DNA of 64,000 nt from a virus: IMG/VR virus record IMGVR_UViG_3300032268_000973, positions 96,001-160,000 of that record; one strand, written 5' to 3'. Made by a program: the position numbers and the translations under genes. How positions within the stretch are numbered: position 1 is the first letter of the stretch; each line of letters opens with the position of its first letter. Positions 45,311 to 53,958 of the stretch are shown one piece after another. The notes under the pieces were generated by a model. It was not told the DNA's origin. It saw nothing but the letters and a program-made list of their open reading frames with translations, and ran no database searches.

Positions 45311-46108
45311 ATGAAAGAAAAATCAGGAATTCCTATCAATCAAGAAGAAATCAGTCATTATCTAAAGGATATTCGTAAACTCAAAGTGATGACTCCCGAA
45401 AGGGAAAGGGAACTTGCTGACAGAATGTTATCAGGTTTCATTACTGAGGAGGAGAAAAAAGAAATTCAAAAGGAGTTGTTGGAGGGAAACCTTCGATTTG
45501 TGATTACTGTATCCAAACAATATCAAAATCAAGGATTAGATCTTTGTGATCTAATTGCTGAGGGTAATTTGGGTCTTATGAAAGCGATTGAAAACTTCGA
45601 TTGGAGTAAAAGACTAAGATTCATTTCATATGCGGTTTGGTGGGTGAGACAATCTATCTTGCAATCCTTGAATGAAAATGCTCGAACCATCCGACTACCA
45701 GTTAATGTTGTTCAAGAACTTCAGAGAGCGAAAAAAGAATTGGATAAGGCGGGTATTGAACTTCCCGAGAAGTTGGTGAATTTGCCTTATACCATCAATT
45801 TAGATAATCCTTTGAATGAAGAAGGTGATACCCTACTTGATATTTTGGTAAATCCAAACGCTGACGCGGCTGATAAAAATATGTCCACCGAAAATATTTT
45901 AAAAGAAAAACTTTTGGGTATGTTGGATGTTTTAGATGAGAGAGAAAAGATCATTATCCAAGACTATTTTGGGTTATCTGGTTCAGTTAGGACCCTTGAA
46001 GACATTGGAAGTGACTTCGATTTGACCAAAGAAAGGGTTAGACAGATCAAAGAAAAGGCTCTTAGAAAGTTACGGAACGAGACCAGTATTTTGTTCGATT
46101 ACTTGTAA
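45311..46108 (+). CDS. rpoD: RNA polymerase sigma-70 factor (Bacteroidota RpoD-like)
   Basis: NLRFVITVSKQYQNQG, DLIAEGNLGL, FISYAVWWVRQSI, TLEDIG...LTKERVRQIKEKALRKL. Confidence 0.93.
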   Translation: MKEKSGIPINQEEISHYLKDIRKLKVMTPERERELADRMLSGFITEEEKKEIQKELLEGNLRFVITVSKQYQNQGLDLCDLIAEGNLGLMKAIENFDWSKRLRFISYAVWWVRQSILQSLNENARTIRLPVNVVQELQRAKKELDKAGIELPEKLVNLPYTINLDNPLNEEGDTLLDILVNPNADAADKNMSTENILKEKLLGMLDVLDEREKIIIQDYFGLSGSVRTLEDIGSDFDLTKERVRQIKEKALRKLRNETSILFDYL

Positions 46109-46115
46109 ATCAAAA

Positions 46116-46144
46116 AAAAGGTGTATTTATTTAATACACCTTTT
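46116..46144. terminator. Bidirectional intrinsic terminator containing TATTTAT
   Basis: Perfect 12-bp stem AAAAGGTGTATT-TATTT-AATACACCTTTT. Confidence 0.8.
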
Positions 46145-46176
46145 ATATTTTAAGGATAAACGTAAAACATTTTAAA

Positions 46177-46461
46177 ATGAAAAAATTTATTGAAAACAAT
46201 TTTGTTATCATTGTATTGGTGATCTCTTTATTGGGATTTTTCAAATCATGTGGAGACTCAAGAGAACTGACCAAGATGAGACAGGAGATAACTGCAATCA
46301 AAGATTCTACATACACAAAACAAGAATTGGAGGTTGAATTAAGAATATCAGGACTTGAAGCTGAAAAAAGAATGATTCAAGCAACTGATCGAAAACTTTT
46401 GGATCTTAGAAGACAAACTGAGATTGAAGATGAAATTAAAAAATTAAGAACACAAAAATAA
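46177..46461 (+). CDS. Membrane-anchored coiled-coil protein
   Basis: N-terminal TM ending in KSCG (lipobox-like), then coiled coil. Confidence 0.55.
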   Translation: MKKFIENNFVIIVLVISLLGFFKSCGDSRELTKMRQEITAIKDSTYTKQELEVELRISGLEAEKRMIQATDRKLLDLRRQTEIEDEIKKLRTQK

Positions 46462-47192
46462 TGAATTGGATTCAAAAAAATTTCAGGGCCATAATCTATA
46501 TTGCATTTTTGGTTCCGATATTAACGGTTGCGTTTGTTTCGATTTCTCACGTGGCATCTTGGTATGGGTTATCTAACCCATTTAGTTGGGCTATCTATTT
46601 GTCCGTAGGTATTGAAATTGCTGCATTATCGGCTTTGGCTGCAATATCTGCTCAGATGGGAGCCAAAGTATATTTTCCCTTTGGAATAGTTACACTTATT
46701 CAATTTATTGGGAATATTTTCTTCGCATATCAATACATTGATGTTAACTCAGAATCATTCAAAGATTGGGTGGACTTAGTTGATCCGTTTGTAACTTACT
46801 TAGGAGTTGAATCAGGTGATCTTGTTGGCCATAAAAGATTCCTTTCGTTATTTGCTGGTGGAATGCTTCCAATCATTTCCCTTTCATTTTTACACATGTT
46901 AGTTAAATTTGAGGAGGAGGATAAGAAAAAAACTCCACAGCAAGTTCTTCCACAAATTGATTTGGATGAGTTGAGTAGGGAAGCTGGTAAGATGGAAACA
47001 AGTCCTGACAAGGAAAAGTATACTCCAACACCTGAAGAACTATTTAAGTTGGAAGAAGAATTAAGAAAATTAAACGAGCAGAAGTTTGGATCTTTGGTGA
47101 CCGAACTTGACGGTAAAACCGACAAGTTGGAAGAAGAATCAAAATCTGATTCTGAAATTAAAAGACTTAGTTACATAAGGAGTCATGGTTAA
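46461..47192 (+). CDS. Multi-pass membrane protein
   Basis: Four hydrophobic segments, charged C-tail. Confidence 0.6.
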   Translation: MNWIQKNFRAIIYIAFLVPILTVAFVSISHVASWYGLSNPFSWAIYLSVGIEIAALSALAAISAQMGAKVYFPFGIVTLIQFIGNIFFAYQYIDVNSESFKDWVDLVDPFVTYLGVESGDLVGHKRFLSLFAGGMLPIISLSFLHMLVKFEEEDKKKTPQQVLPQIDLDELSREAGKMETSPDKEKYTPTPEELFKLEEELRKLNEQKFGSLVTELDGKTDKLEEESKSDSEIKRLSYIRSHG

Positions 47193-47790
47193 CATTGAAG
47201 ACTACGGAAATTTCAAACCAACAGGAAAACAAAAAAACAAAAAACAAATAATCTTATGTCACACTTCGAGGGAGGTTGAGGAATACTTGACCTCCCTTAG
47301 TGTTAGATATAATTCGAAATATGATAAAATACCCAATTTTGTTATAAATCGGGATGGGAAGATACTCAGGTTGTTATCAGAGGATTCCTATTCCAATTTT
47401 TTTCATGAGACAGAGGTCAATAAGAGATCAATTTTTATCTGTTTGGAAAATTTGGGATGGTTGGAAAAGAAACCACTGACCAATCATTATATTAACTGGA
47501 AAGGAAGTATTTATAATCAACAGGTTTACGAGAAGAAGTGGAGAGACTTTTATTTTTGGCAACCTTATACAGTTTCACAGTTGGAATCAACCGCAGAACT
47601 ATGTAAGCACTTAACTGAAAGTCTCAAAATTGAAAAAACGTGTGTGGGGCATAACACAAAGATAGACGGTATTGAAAGCTTCATAGGAATATCATCGAGA
47701 AGTAATTACGACACCTCTTTCACGGATTTGAACCCATCGTTTAACTTCGAAACCTTTATTAAATTTTTAGGAAATGAACAATTTGCATAA
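47185..47790 (+). CDS. Amidase_2-like (N-acetylmuramoyl-L-alanine amidase fold) protein, divergent active site
   Basis: IILCHT, NFVINRDGKI, SIFICLENLG, YT..QLES...L, TDLNP. Confidence 0.65.
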   Translation: MVNIEDYGNFKPTGKQKNKKQIILCHTSREVEEYLTSLSVRYNSKYDKIPNFVINRDGKILRLLSEDSYSNFFHETEVNKRSIFICLENLGWLEKKPLTNHYINWKGSIYNQQVYEKKWRDFYFWQPYTVSQLESTAELCKHLTESLKIEKTCVGHNTKIDGIESFIGISSRSNYDTSFTDLNPSFNFETFIKFLGNEQFA

Positions 47791-48346
47791 CGAAAGATAC
47801 GACGAGATCAAATCTTTATTAAAGAAATCAAAGTTACTCTTCGAACAAGAGGGACAGATAAACGTTGCTAAGGACTTAGAAAGTCGTTTGAAGCAGGACG
47901 TTGAGTATGATACCGCCGAAACTGATATTGAAGATGGAGAAACTCCTTCACCTAAGGATAAGACACAAAAGTATAGAATATCAGGTGGTATACTAGCCCT
48001 TCACGGTAAAGATAGAAGTGAATTAGATATTACAACCGACGAGAAAATTGCATTCCAAGAAACTATGGATGAGTTCGTTGAGGAGGTTTCTGACTTGGCC
48101 GATTTCAATACCCTTAATGTTTATAAAAACAGTGTGGAGTGGTCAGGAAAACTTATTGACGAAGATTTGGAATTTATTTTCACGATTGGTGAAGAAAGTG
48201 GAATCTATATCAATGGACAGATGATCAAGGTCGATGACGAATTTCTAACTATGATCAACAAACTTCAACAATATTATCAAAAGTTCAAATCCAAGTGGGG
48301 CAAAGTATTGGCAAGTCGAAAGAAGACAAAAGAATCACCAGTTTAA
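47774..48346 (+). CDS. Hypothetical protein
   Basis: In-operon ORF. Confidence 0.6.
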   Translation: MNNLHNERYDEIKSLLKKSKLLFEQEGQINVAKDLESRLKQDVEYDTAETDIEDGETPSPKDKTQKYRISGGILALHGKDRSELDITTDEKIAFQETMDEFVEEVSDLADFNTLNVYKNSVEWSGKLIDEDLEFIFTIGEESGIYINGQMIKVDDEFLTMINKLQQYYQKFKSKWGKVLASRKKTKESPV

Positions 48347-48347
48347 T

Positions 48348-48698
48348 ATGAAAGAGAAATTTACACTTAATAAGCAAAACATTCTTTTAGTGATCATCAT
48401 TATTTTGGTGTTGTGGAATTGGTTTAATACCTCCACAGTCAAAACTGATGTTAAGGCTTATAAAGAGAAGATTGAAAATATACAAGTGGAAATCGATTCG
48501 GCTCAAATAGTAAATAAAGAGATGAGTGAAAAGGTATTGGTTATCAAGGAAAACATAACCAACATCACCAACGAGATTCACGAAATTGATAATAACATCG
48601 AAACTGTAAAAGAACAAACTGATGAAAAAGTTAATAATGTTGTGTTTATTGGTAATGTTGAGCTTGAAAGGCTTTTCACAGACCGATATTCAAACTGA
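48348..48698 (+). CDS. N-terminal TM + coiled coil (spanin-like?)
   Basis: ILLVIIIILVLW then heptads; overlaps the next ORF by 77 nt. Confidence 0.4.
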   Translation: MKEKFTLNKQNILLVIIIILVLWNWFNTSTVKTDVKAYKEKIENIQVEIDSAQIVNKEMSEKVLVIKENITNITNEIHEIDNNIETVKEQTDEKVNNVVFIGNVELERLFTDRYSN

Positions 48699-49047
48699 TA
48701 AAGTCGATACAACCAAAGTAGTTCTAAGTGTCAGAGTAGCAAGACTGGTCTATCAGGATTTGCTTAGATATGATGGATTGAAAGAAGAAACAAGTTTGTT
48801 GAAATTGAAGTTACAGAAAACTGAAGAAAGAGAGTTTCAGAAAGATAATGTTATCAGTATTCTAACAACAAAAGATGAAAATAATCAGTTTATCATTTCA
48901 AAAAAAGATGAACAAATAAAATTATATCAGGATTTATCTGACAAACTAAACAAAGAGTTGAAAGCACAACGAACCAAAACTTTCTTATGGAAAGTTGGGA
49001 CTTTTGTAGGTGGAATTTCAGCTTCATTTTTATTACTTAATAACTAA
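48622..49047 (+). CDS. Signal-peptide coiled-coil protein with C-terminal TM (spanin-like?)
   Basis: MKKLIMLCLLVMLSLKGFS|QTD (Gln+1), C-terminal FLWKVGTFVGGISASFLLL. Confidence 0.4.
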   Translation: MKKLIMLCLLVMLSLKGFSQTDIQTDKVDTTKVVLSVRVARLVYQDLLRYDGLKEETSLLKLKLQKTEEREFQKDNVISILTTKDENNQFIISKKDEQIKLYQDLSDKLNKELKAQRTKTFLWKVGTFVGGISASFLLLNN

Positions 49048-49292
49048 TGGCACTTACAAGTTCTGAGGTCAAAGAAATTGAAGTTATGATTCGTAAAGAA
49101 ATAAAATCTTTTATGAACAATAATACTATCAAACAATATGAAGACCAGTTGATGGATAAAATTCAAAAAGAAATTCAAAGGGGTAAGTTAGAAGGGGAAG
49201 TCAAAGAGATAACCCTAAAAATGTTCCGAGAGTTCTATCAATTTATGTGGGTCAATAGAAGTTATTGGGAACCAAGACTCAAGAATGCTTAA
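49047..49292 (+). CDS. Hypothetical protein
   Basis: TAATG overlap. Confidence 0.6.
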   Translation: MALTSSEVKEIEVMIRKEIKSFMNNNTIKQYEDQLMDKIQKEIQRGKLEGEVKEITLKMFREFYQFMWVNRSYWEPRLKNA

Positions 49293-49303
49293 AGTTACGT
49301 AAG

Positions 49304-50065
49304 ATGAAAAGTTCAAAAGACTCATTTAAAAATAATTTAGACAAGGCTTTTTCCCAAATATCCTTGAATACTTCAACATTAGGAGACCACATGAAATACA
49401 AACAAGGATTCAAAGAAGAAAAACTTGAAGATAGTTCCAACCAAAATGATAAAGAAATGGTTGATGGTATAATTGAAATTATTAAGCAAATCAAAGATAC
49501 GTCTAATAGAAAAGAGGTTGCACATAATATGATTAAAAAATTGAAGAGGGAAAAAGTTGATTTTGACCACGTAGATTTTTTGAAGAAATGTGCTTTCAAA
49601 CAAATTAAGAAATCAGAACCCAAAGAAGCAACAGGTTCAGGGTCATCAGGATCATATGTTGGTCCAGTTTTCGGTGGAGATGATGAATTTTGGGAACGAA
49701 GTAGAAGTGAGAACCCTAAATTAGATGAGAGTGAAGTTGAAAAGGTTGAAGCTAAAGAGGCAACAACTACAGGTTCTTCAGGAGGATATGAAACACCAGC
49801 TATGTGGGCAAAATCGACTAAGAAGAAAGATTGGGGACCAAGTAGAAAAACTCAATATAAGGGCGGATCATTTGTTAAGATAAAAAAGAAATGCACCACA
49901 TTCCCATATTGTAATCAGGGGGACATCTCAAATCTGAAACTCAGTAAGAATGAATCTGTAAGTGATGCAATTGACAACGTATCAAAAAAATACAATATAG
50001 ATAAATCGGTCATCATAACTATTTTGGAGAGAGAATATAAAAAAAATAGTAAAAGATCTAACTAA
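49304..50065 (+). CDS. Putative head-associated protein with duplicated KEAT..GSSG.Y..P motif
   Basis: KEATGSGSSGSYVGP and KEATTTGSSGGYETP; start uncertain (track gives 49265). Confidence 0.45.
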   Translation: MKSSKDSFKNNLDKAFSQISLNTSTLGDHMKYKQGFKEEKLEDSSNQNDKEMVDGIIEIIKQIKDTSNRKEVAHNMIKKLKREKVDFDHVDFLKKCAFKQIKKSEPKEATGSGSSGSYVGPVFGGDDEFWERSRSENPKLDESEVEKVEAKEATTTGSSGGYETPAMWAKSTKKKDWGPSRKTQYKGGSFVKIKKKCTTFPYCNQGDISNLKLSKNESVSDAIDNVSKKYNIDKSVIITILEREYKKNSKRSN

Positions 50066-50090
50066 AGATATTTATAATAAAATCAAAAAA

Positions 50091-51569
50091 ATGAGTAATT
50101 TCAAAAACAATATAGACAAACTAGTTTCTCGAATCTTGAACGAGGAAATTGAAAACAAAGTTAAACAAATTTCCGAAGAAATGCATGAGGGAGATTGGAC
50201 TGAAATTGAGATGGGTGAAGAGTTACACGGAGGTCAAAAGAAATTGGACGTTGCTAAGCCAAAAGGTAAAATAACTGCGGCAGATTTCGAAGAACTTAGA
50301 AATAAGAAAGAAGTTGATGAGTTTTACTTCGATTCTGAAGAAGATGAAGAAGAAGATGATTACTTCGATTTTGATGGGGATGATTCTGAAGATGAAGAAA
50401 TGGAAATGGGTAGAGATAAATTTCATGTAACTCGTAGACCAAAAATGATGGGTTCATTTGATGATGAACACGGATTTTATGACGAAGACGAAAGACAATA
50501 TACTGGAGATTTTGACTTTGACTTTGATGAAGAAGAGTTTGATGATTTCGATTCGTTTGATGCAAAGTATGGGGGAAAACAAAGATTATTTGCGCCAGGT
50601 GAAGAAGGTAAAAAATTCTTCGACATGTATAAAGAAAAGTTTGGTAAACCATTTAAAGTTAGAACCCCAAGAGATATGGAAGAGGCTGAAACCGAAGAAG
50701 GTAACAAATTCACAAAGGCTTTAGATGACGCAAGAGAGGATGGGGACGATACTTTCGATGTTGATGGAAAAACATATAATGTACGGAAAGAAAGTAGAAA
50801 GTCATCTTTGAGACTTACTGAGGACGAACTAATTGACATGATCGAAAAGATTGTGTTGGAACAAAAAGTTAAAGATACTGCAGAAAGTGTTAATATATCT
50901 AAAAAAAGTCCCGTGGGTCTAAAGAAGACTGAGGATGTTCTTGGTAAGAATAAGAAAGAAAATGATGACTATGCTAAAGAAGTTGTTAAGAAAATGAAGG
51001 ATTACATGAAGGATATGTTCTCAGGTAGTAACGGATATGATGAAAATCCTGATGACTTTCCTCAAAGCAATTATGATATGGAGAAAGATCATAAAGAGAT
51101 GAAGTATCATCCATCAGACGCTGTTGAAGAATATATAGACGCATTTGCATATCCTGGTATGACCAATTTAGTTTATGACGAAATTAAACCTGATGATGAT
51201 ATGATTGCAAATCAAATCAAAGGGGCTTCCAAAAATGGGAATGCGGTTACTGATAAAGAAGGGAATGCTTTAGGTAATGTATCAAAGAGAAGTGAAAAGG
51301 TTGGTGATAGATTCAAAAATAATTTTGATAACAATTTATATGGAGCTGAACAAATGGAAGTTTCTTATAATAGACAACCTCAACCTGTTGACGTTGCTGG
51401 TAGTAAAAAACAAGCTGGTTCATTAAAAAGTATTAGAAGCACTTCAAAAGAGAAAGCTGGAAAAATCATGAGTCAATTAGAATCAACTGAAGCGAAACAA
51501 TCAAGAATAATTTCTGAGGAAATGGTAAAGATGAAAAATCTTATCGGATACAACAGAAAAACTCAATAA
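50091..51569 (+). CDS. Highly acidic putative internal head/scaffold-like protein
   Basis: D/E/F tracts; LHGGQKKLD...DFEELR and EEGNKFTKAL...F.VDGKTY motifs; TATTTAT upstream. Confidence 0.45.
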   Translation: MSNFKNNIDKLVSRILNEEIENKVKQISEEMHEGDWTEIEMGEELHGGQKKLDVAKPKGKITAADFEELRNKKEVDEFYFDSEEDEEEDDYFDFDGDDSEDEEMEMGRDKFHVTRRPKMMGSFDDEHGFYDEDERQYTGDFDFDFDEEEFDDFDSFDAKYGGKQRLFAPGEEGKKFFDMYKEKFGKPFKVRTPRDMEEAETEEGNKFTKALDDAREDGDDTFDVDGKTYNVRKESRKSSLRLTEDELIDMIEKIVLEQKVKDTAESVNISKKSPVGLKKTEDVLGKNKKENDDYAKEVVKKMKDYMKDMFSGSNGYDENPDDFPQSNYDMEKDHKEMKYHPSDAVEEYIDAFAYPGMTNLVYDEIKPDDDMIANQIKGASKNGNAVTDKEGNALGNVSKRSEKVGDRFKNNFDNNLYGAEQMEVSYNRQPQPVDVAGSKKQAGSLKSIRSTSKEKAGKIMSQLESTEAKQSRIISEEMVKMKNLIGYNRKTQ

Positions 51570-51597
51570 AAATTCACATTTATATCACTTTTATTAT

Positions 51598-51633
51598 ATT
51601 CTCCATAGAAAACCTCTATGGAGAATTTTTTTA
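51598..51633 (+). terminator. Hairpin plus U tract overlapping the start codon of 51618
   Basis: ATTCTCCATAGA-AAACC-TCTATGGAGAAT perfect 12-bp stem, followed by a T run. Confidence 0.7.
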
Positions 51634-52085
51634 ATTGGATTGCCAAACCTTTACCCAATGATGAAGTGATCATTTGGTTCAATGTTCATAACATGCTATA
51701 TGAACGCATAGAACTGTATGGGGATATATTCAAAACTTTACATCATATAATAAGAGACACTTATATGGGGGATGATTTTGATGCTCCAACTGAAACAAAA
51801 ATTTCAATCTCCAAAAAAGATCAAGAACTTCACTTCGATTGGTGTTGGAAAAAAATGATTTCTGATTTTAAAAAAGAGAATGTGATAATAACTGAGGTAG
51901 GAGAACATAAGGATTATCTTGAGTCATTTTATGTTGACACTTTTTACAATCAATCTGAAGCTCGAGTAAAAAATTCCATACCCAAATTTGTCAACGAAAT
52001 TTTTGATGTGTTCAAACCATTTAGTAAGTCAGACTTAGATATGATTACTGAGTTATATAAATTATTGGAAAAAAACGTCAAGTAA
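51618..52085 (+). CDS. Hypothetical protein
   Basis: ORF track. Confidence 0.6.
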   Translation: MENFFNWIAKPLPNDEVIIWFNVHNMLYERIELYGDIFKTLHHIIRDTYMGDDFDAPTETKISISKKDQELHFDWCWKKMISDFKKENVIITEVGEHKDYLESFYVDTFYNQSEARVKNSIPKFVNEIFDVFKPFSKSDLDMITELYKLLEKNVK

Positions 52086-52161
52086 TATCGGTCTATCTAT
52101 TGACACAGGGGATTAAAAAAGTTATTTTAATGTAATAAGATAAACATCAAACAATTTAGAA

Positions 52162-52344
52162 ATGGAAACATTGGAAAAAATTAAAGAATTGACAGAAGCA
52201 TTGTCAGTCGATGCTGGAAAATTCTATAAAGGTAATAAAAGTGCTGGAACTAGAGCAAGAAAATCTGCTCAAGAATTAAAATCATTACTTCAAAAATTTA
52301 GAACTGAAGTTTTAGAACACTCTAAAACCGAAAAAAATGCATAG
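52162..52344 (+). CDS. Histone H1-like Hc1-family nucleoid protein
   Basis: KGNKSAGTRARKSAQELK matches the Hc1 hallmark GNKAAGTRARK. Confidence 0.8.
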   Translation: METLEKIKELTEALSVDAGKFYKGNKSAGTRARKSAQELKSLLQKFRTEVLEHSKTEKNA

Positions 52345-52525
52345 TATTCAATCAATCTACCTATTCATATTTATTTTTACTTCATTAGTGGTATTAAGAA
52401 ATATCGGAAAGGTATTGGTTGCCCTGTTACAAAAAAACCCAAAACCGTTGGTTTATAGTAACAGGGAGTTAACCTTCTTAGGGTTATCAATAAGTTATAT
52501 TCTCACCTATTTAGTTTTATTATGA
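52337..52525 (+). CDS. Small two-TM membrane protein
   Basis: Two hydrophobic helices. Confidence 0.55.
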   Translation: MHSIQSIYLFIFIFTSLVVLRNIGKVLVALLQKNPKPLVYSNRELTFLGLSISYILTYLVLL

Positions 52526-53007
52526 GTTTTTATAAAGAATTACTTCCTTTTGTTGAATACATTCAATCAATAAGGAAATTAAAAAATTATTTGAGTTTTG
52601 ATATGGTATTTCCTAACAAGTGGTCAATTCCAAAATCTATAGTCGATGATGGACAAATTGTGGCATTTCAATCGGAAGAATCAAACCTAAAAGGTATTTC
52701 ATTCGTGTCTGTTATTGCAGAATCAGAAATTTCTAAAACAATGACTCGCATTGCCAAAATTATTAGACTCAACAAAGAAAAAGAATTGAAAGAACAACTT
52801 TTTAAACAAACAATTGAACAATTAAAAACAACTTTTGAAAAAACTGATTTGGATAAATTGAAAAATCTTAATTTTTATTTTGAAGAAGATGATAATACAC
52901 CTGAATTAGATGTTGAATTGAATGATGACGATATAGACGAAAAGGATTATGAGCAATACGAACAAGAAGGAATCGATTCTGAATTGGCTGGAGAGCGAGA
53001 AGAATAA
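52522..53007 (+). CDS. Hypothetical protein
   Basis: In-operon ORF with acidic tail. Confidence 0.6.
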   Translation: MSFYKELLPFVEYIQSIRKLKNYLSFDMVFPNKWSIPKSIVDDGQIVAFQSEESNLKGISFVSVIAESEISKTMTRIAKIIRLNKEKELKEQLFKQTIEQLKTTFEKTDLDKLKNLNFYFEEDDNTPELDVELNDDDIDEKDYEQYEQEGIDSELAGEREE

Positions 53008-53143
53008 GGACAGAATCGAAATCGAAAGAACAAAAGAAAAATACATCAAAGAATTAAAAAATTTAACTAAGGAGGATTTGTTTCCACCACAAAAAAAGTT
53101 GACATTATGGCAGAAAATAAAAATACTACTCTCGGGGAATTAG
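52949..53143 (+). CDS. Hypothetical protein
   Basis: Chain of overlapping ORFs. Confidence 0.5.
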   Translation: MSNTNKKESILNWLESEKNKDRIEIERTKEKYIKELKNLTKEDLFPPQKKLTLWQKIKILLSGN

Positions 53144-53337
53144 AAAAGTTGGCATTGATCGCGGAATCTTGTCAAACAATTTTCAGTGGTAAGGCAACAA
53201 TCGTTTTCGAACTACCAAAAGGGGAATATACTAGTGTTATCAATCACTTCAGAGAAATTGATCGACAACACAAACAATTCTCCATCGATATCTCAGGGAC
53301 TGAGTTTCATTTTATTTTAACTGAGGTTGAGAAGTAA
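53107..53337 (+). CDS. Hypothetical protein
   Basis: Chain of overlapping ORFs. Confidence 0.55.
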   Translation: MAENKNTTLGELEKLALIAESCQTIFSGKATIVFELPKGEYTSVINHFREIDRQHKQFSIDISGTEFHFILTEVEK

Positions 53338-53956
53338 ATTTCCTATACAATATTTTTTTATCAAATCCAGATTGTTCTAAAAGGTTATATAGATATTTTC
53401 GTTGTGGGGTTGATGAATCTTTTACGAAAAGACAATCCGATCTTTTAGTTTTGAAAAAATATGAAGAAAGTTGATCTATAAATCTTTCCGATTCGGATTC
53501 AGACTTTAATGTAAATAAATTTATTTTTTCATTTTCCTGAACAACTATTTTATTATTCAGGGATGAGATCATTTTCATTCCATCTCCTTTGAGATATTTT
53601 TTTATGAATGAATTAACTTTAATTTTTTTGTTATCCTTAATGTCGTATATGAGTTCCTCTTTTTTGTATGGTTTGATTTGGAATAATGTCATTCCATCTT
53701 CGTCTAACTTTACTTTAATATTTCTACCAAATTCATCCGTCATATAAACTGGTATGAGTTGTTTCGCACTCATTTCAACCAATCCGATTTCAAACTTTGA
53801 TTCCTTTCCAGACTCAAGTTTAACTTCAAAAATTATTTGATTTGATTGATCTAATAATTTTTCATAAAATTCTTTAGCACGTTTGAACGTAATAAACTTC
53901 TTTAGTATTTTTTTCTTTTTTTTATTCTTAAATAATACTACAATGTAGTTCTCCAT
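53312..53956 (-). CDS. Hypothetical protein (MENYIVVLF...)
   Basis: Start moved to the ATG at 53956 to avoid overlap with dnaJ. Confidence 0.6.
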   Translation of the reverse strand: MENYIVVLFKNKKKKKILKKFITFKRAKEFYEKLLDQSNQIIFEVKLESGKESKFEIGLVEMSAKQLIPVYMTDEFGRNIKVKLDEDGMTLFQIKPYKKEELIYDIKDNKKIKVNSFIKKYLKGDGMKMISSLNNKIVVQENEKINLFTLKSESESERFIDQLSSYFFKTKRSDCLFVKDSSTPQRKYLYNLLEQSGFDKKILYRKFTSQPQLK

Positions 53957-53958
53957 AT

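Noticed and set aside
52100-52128. E. coli-type TTGACA-N17-TATTTT promoter before Hc1
   Set aside because: Single instance with a weak -10 in AT-rich DNA; not enough to define a third promoter class.
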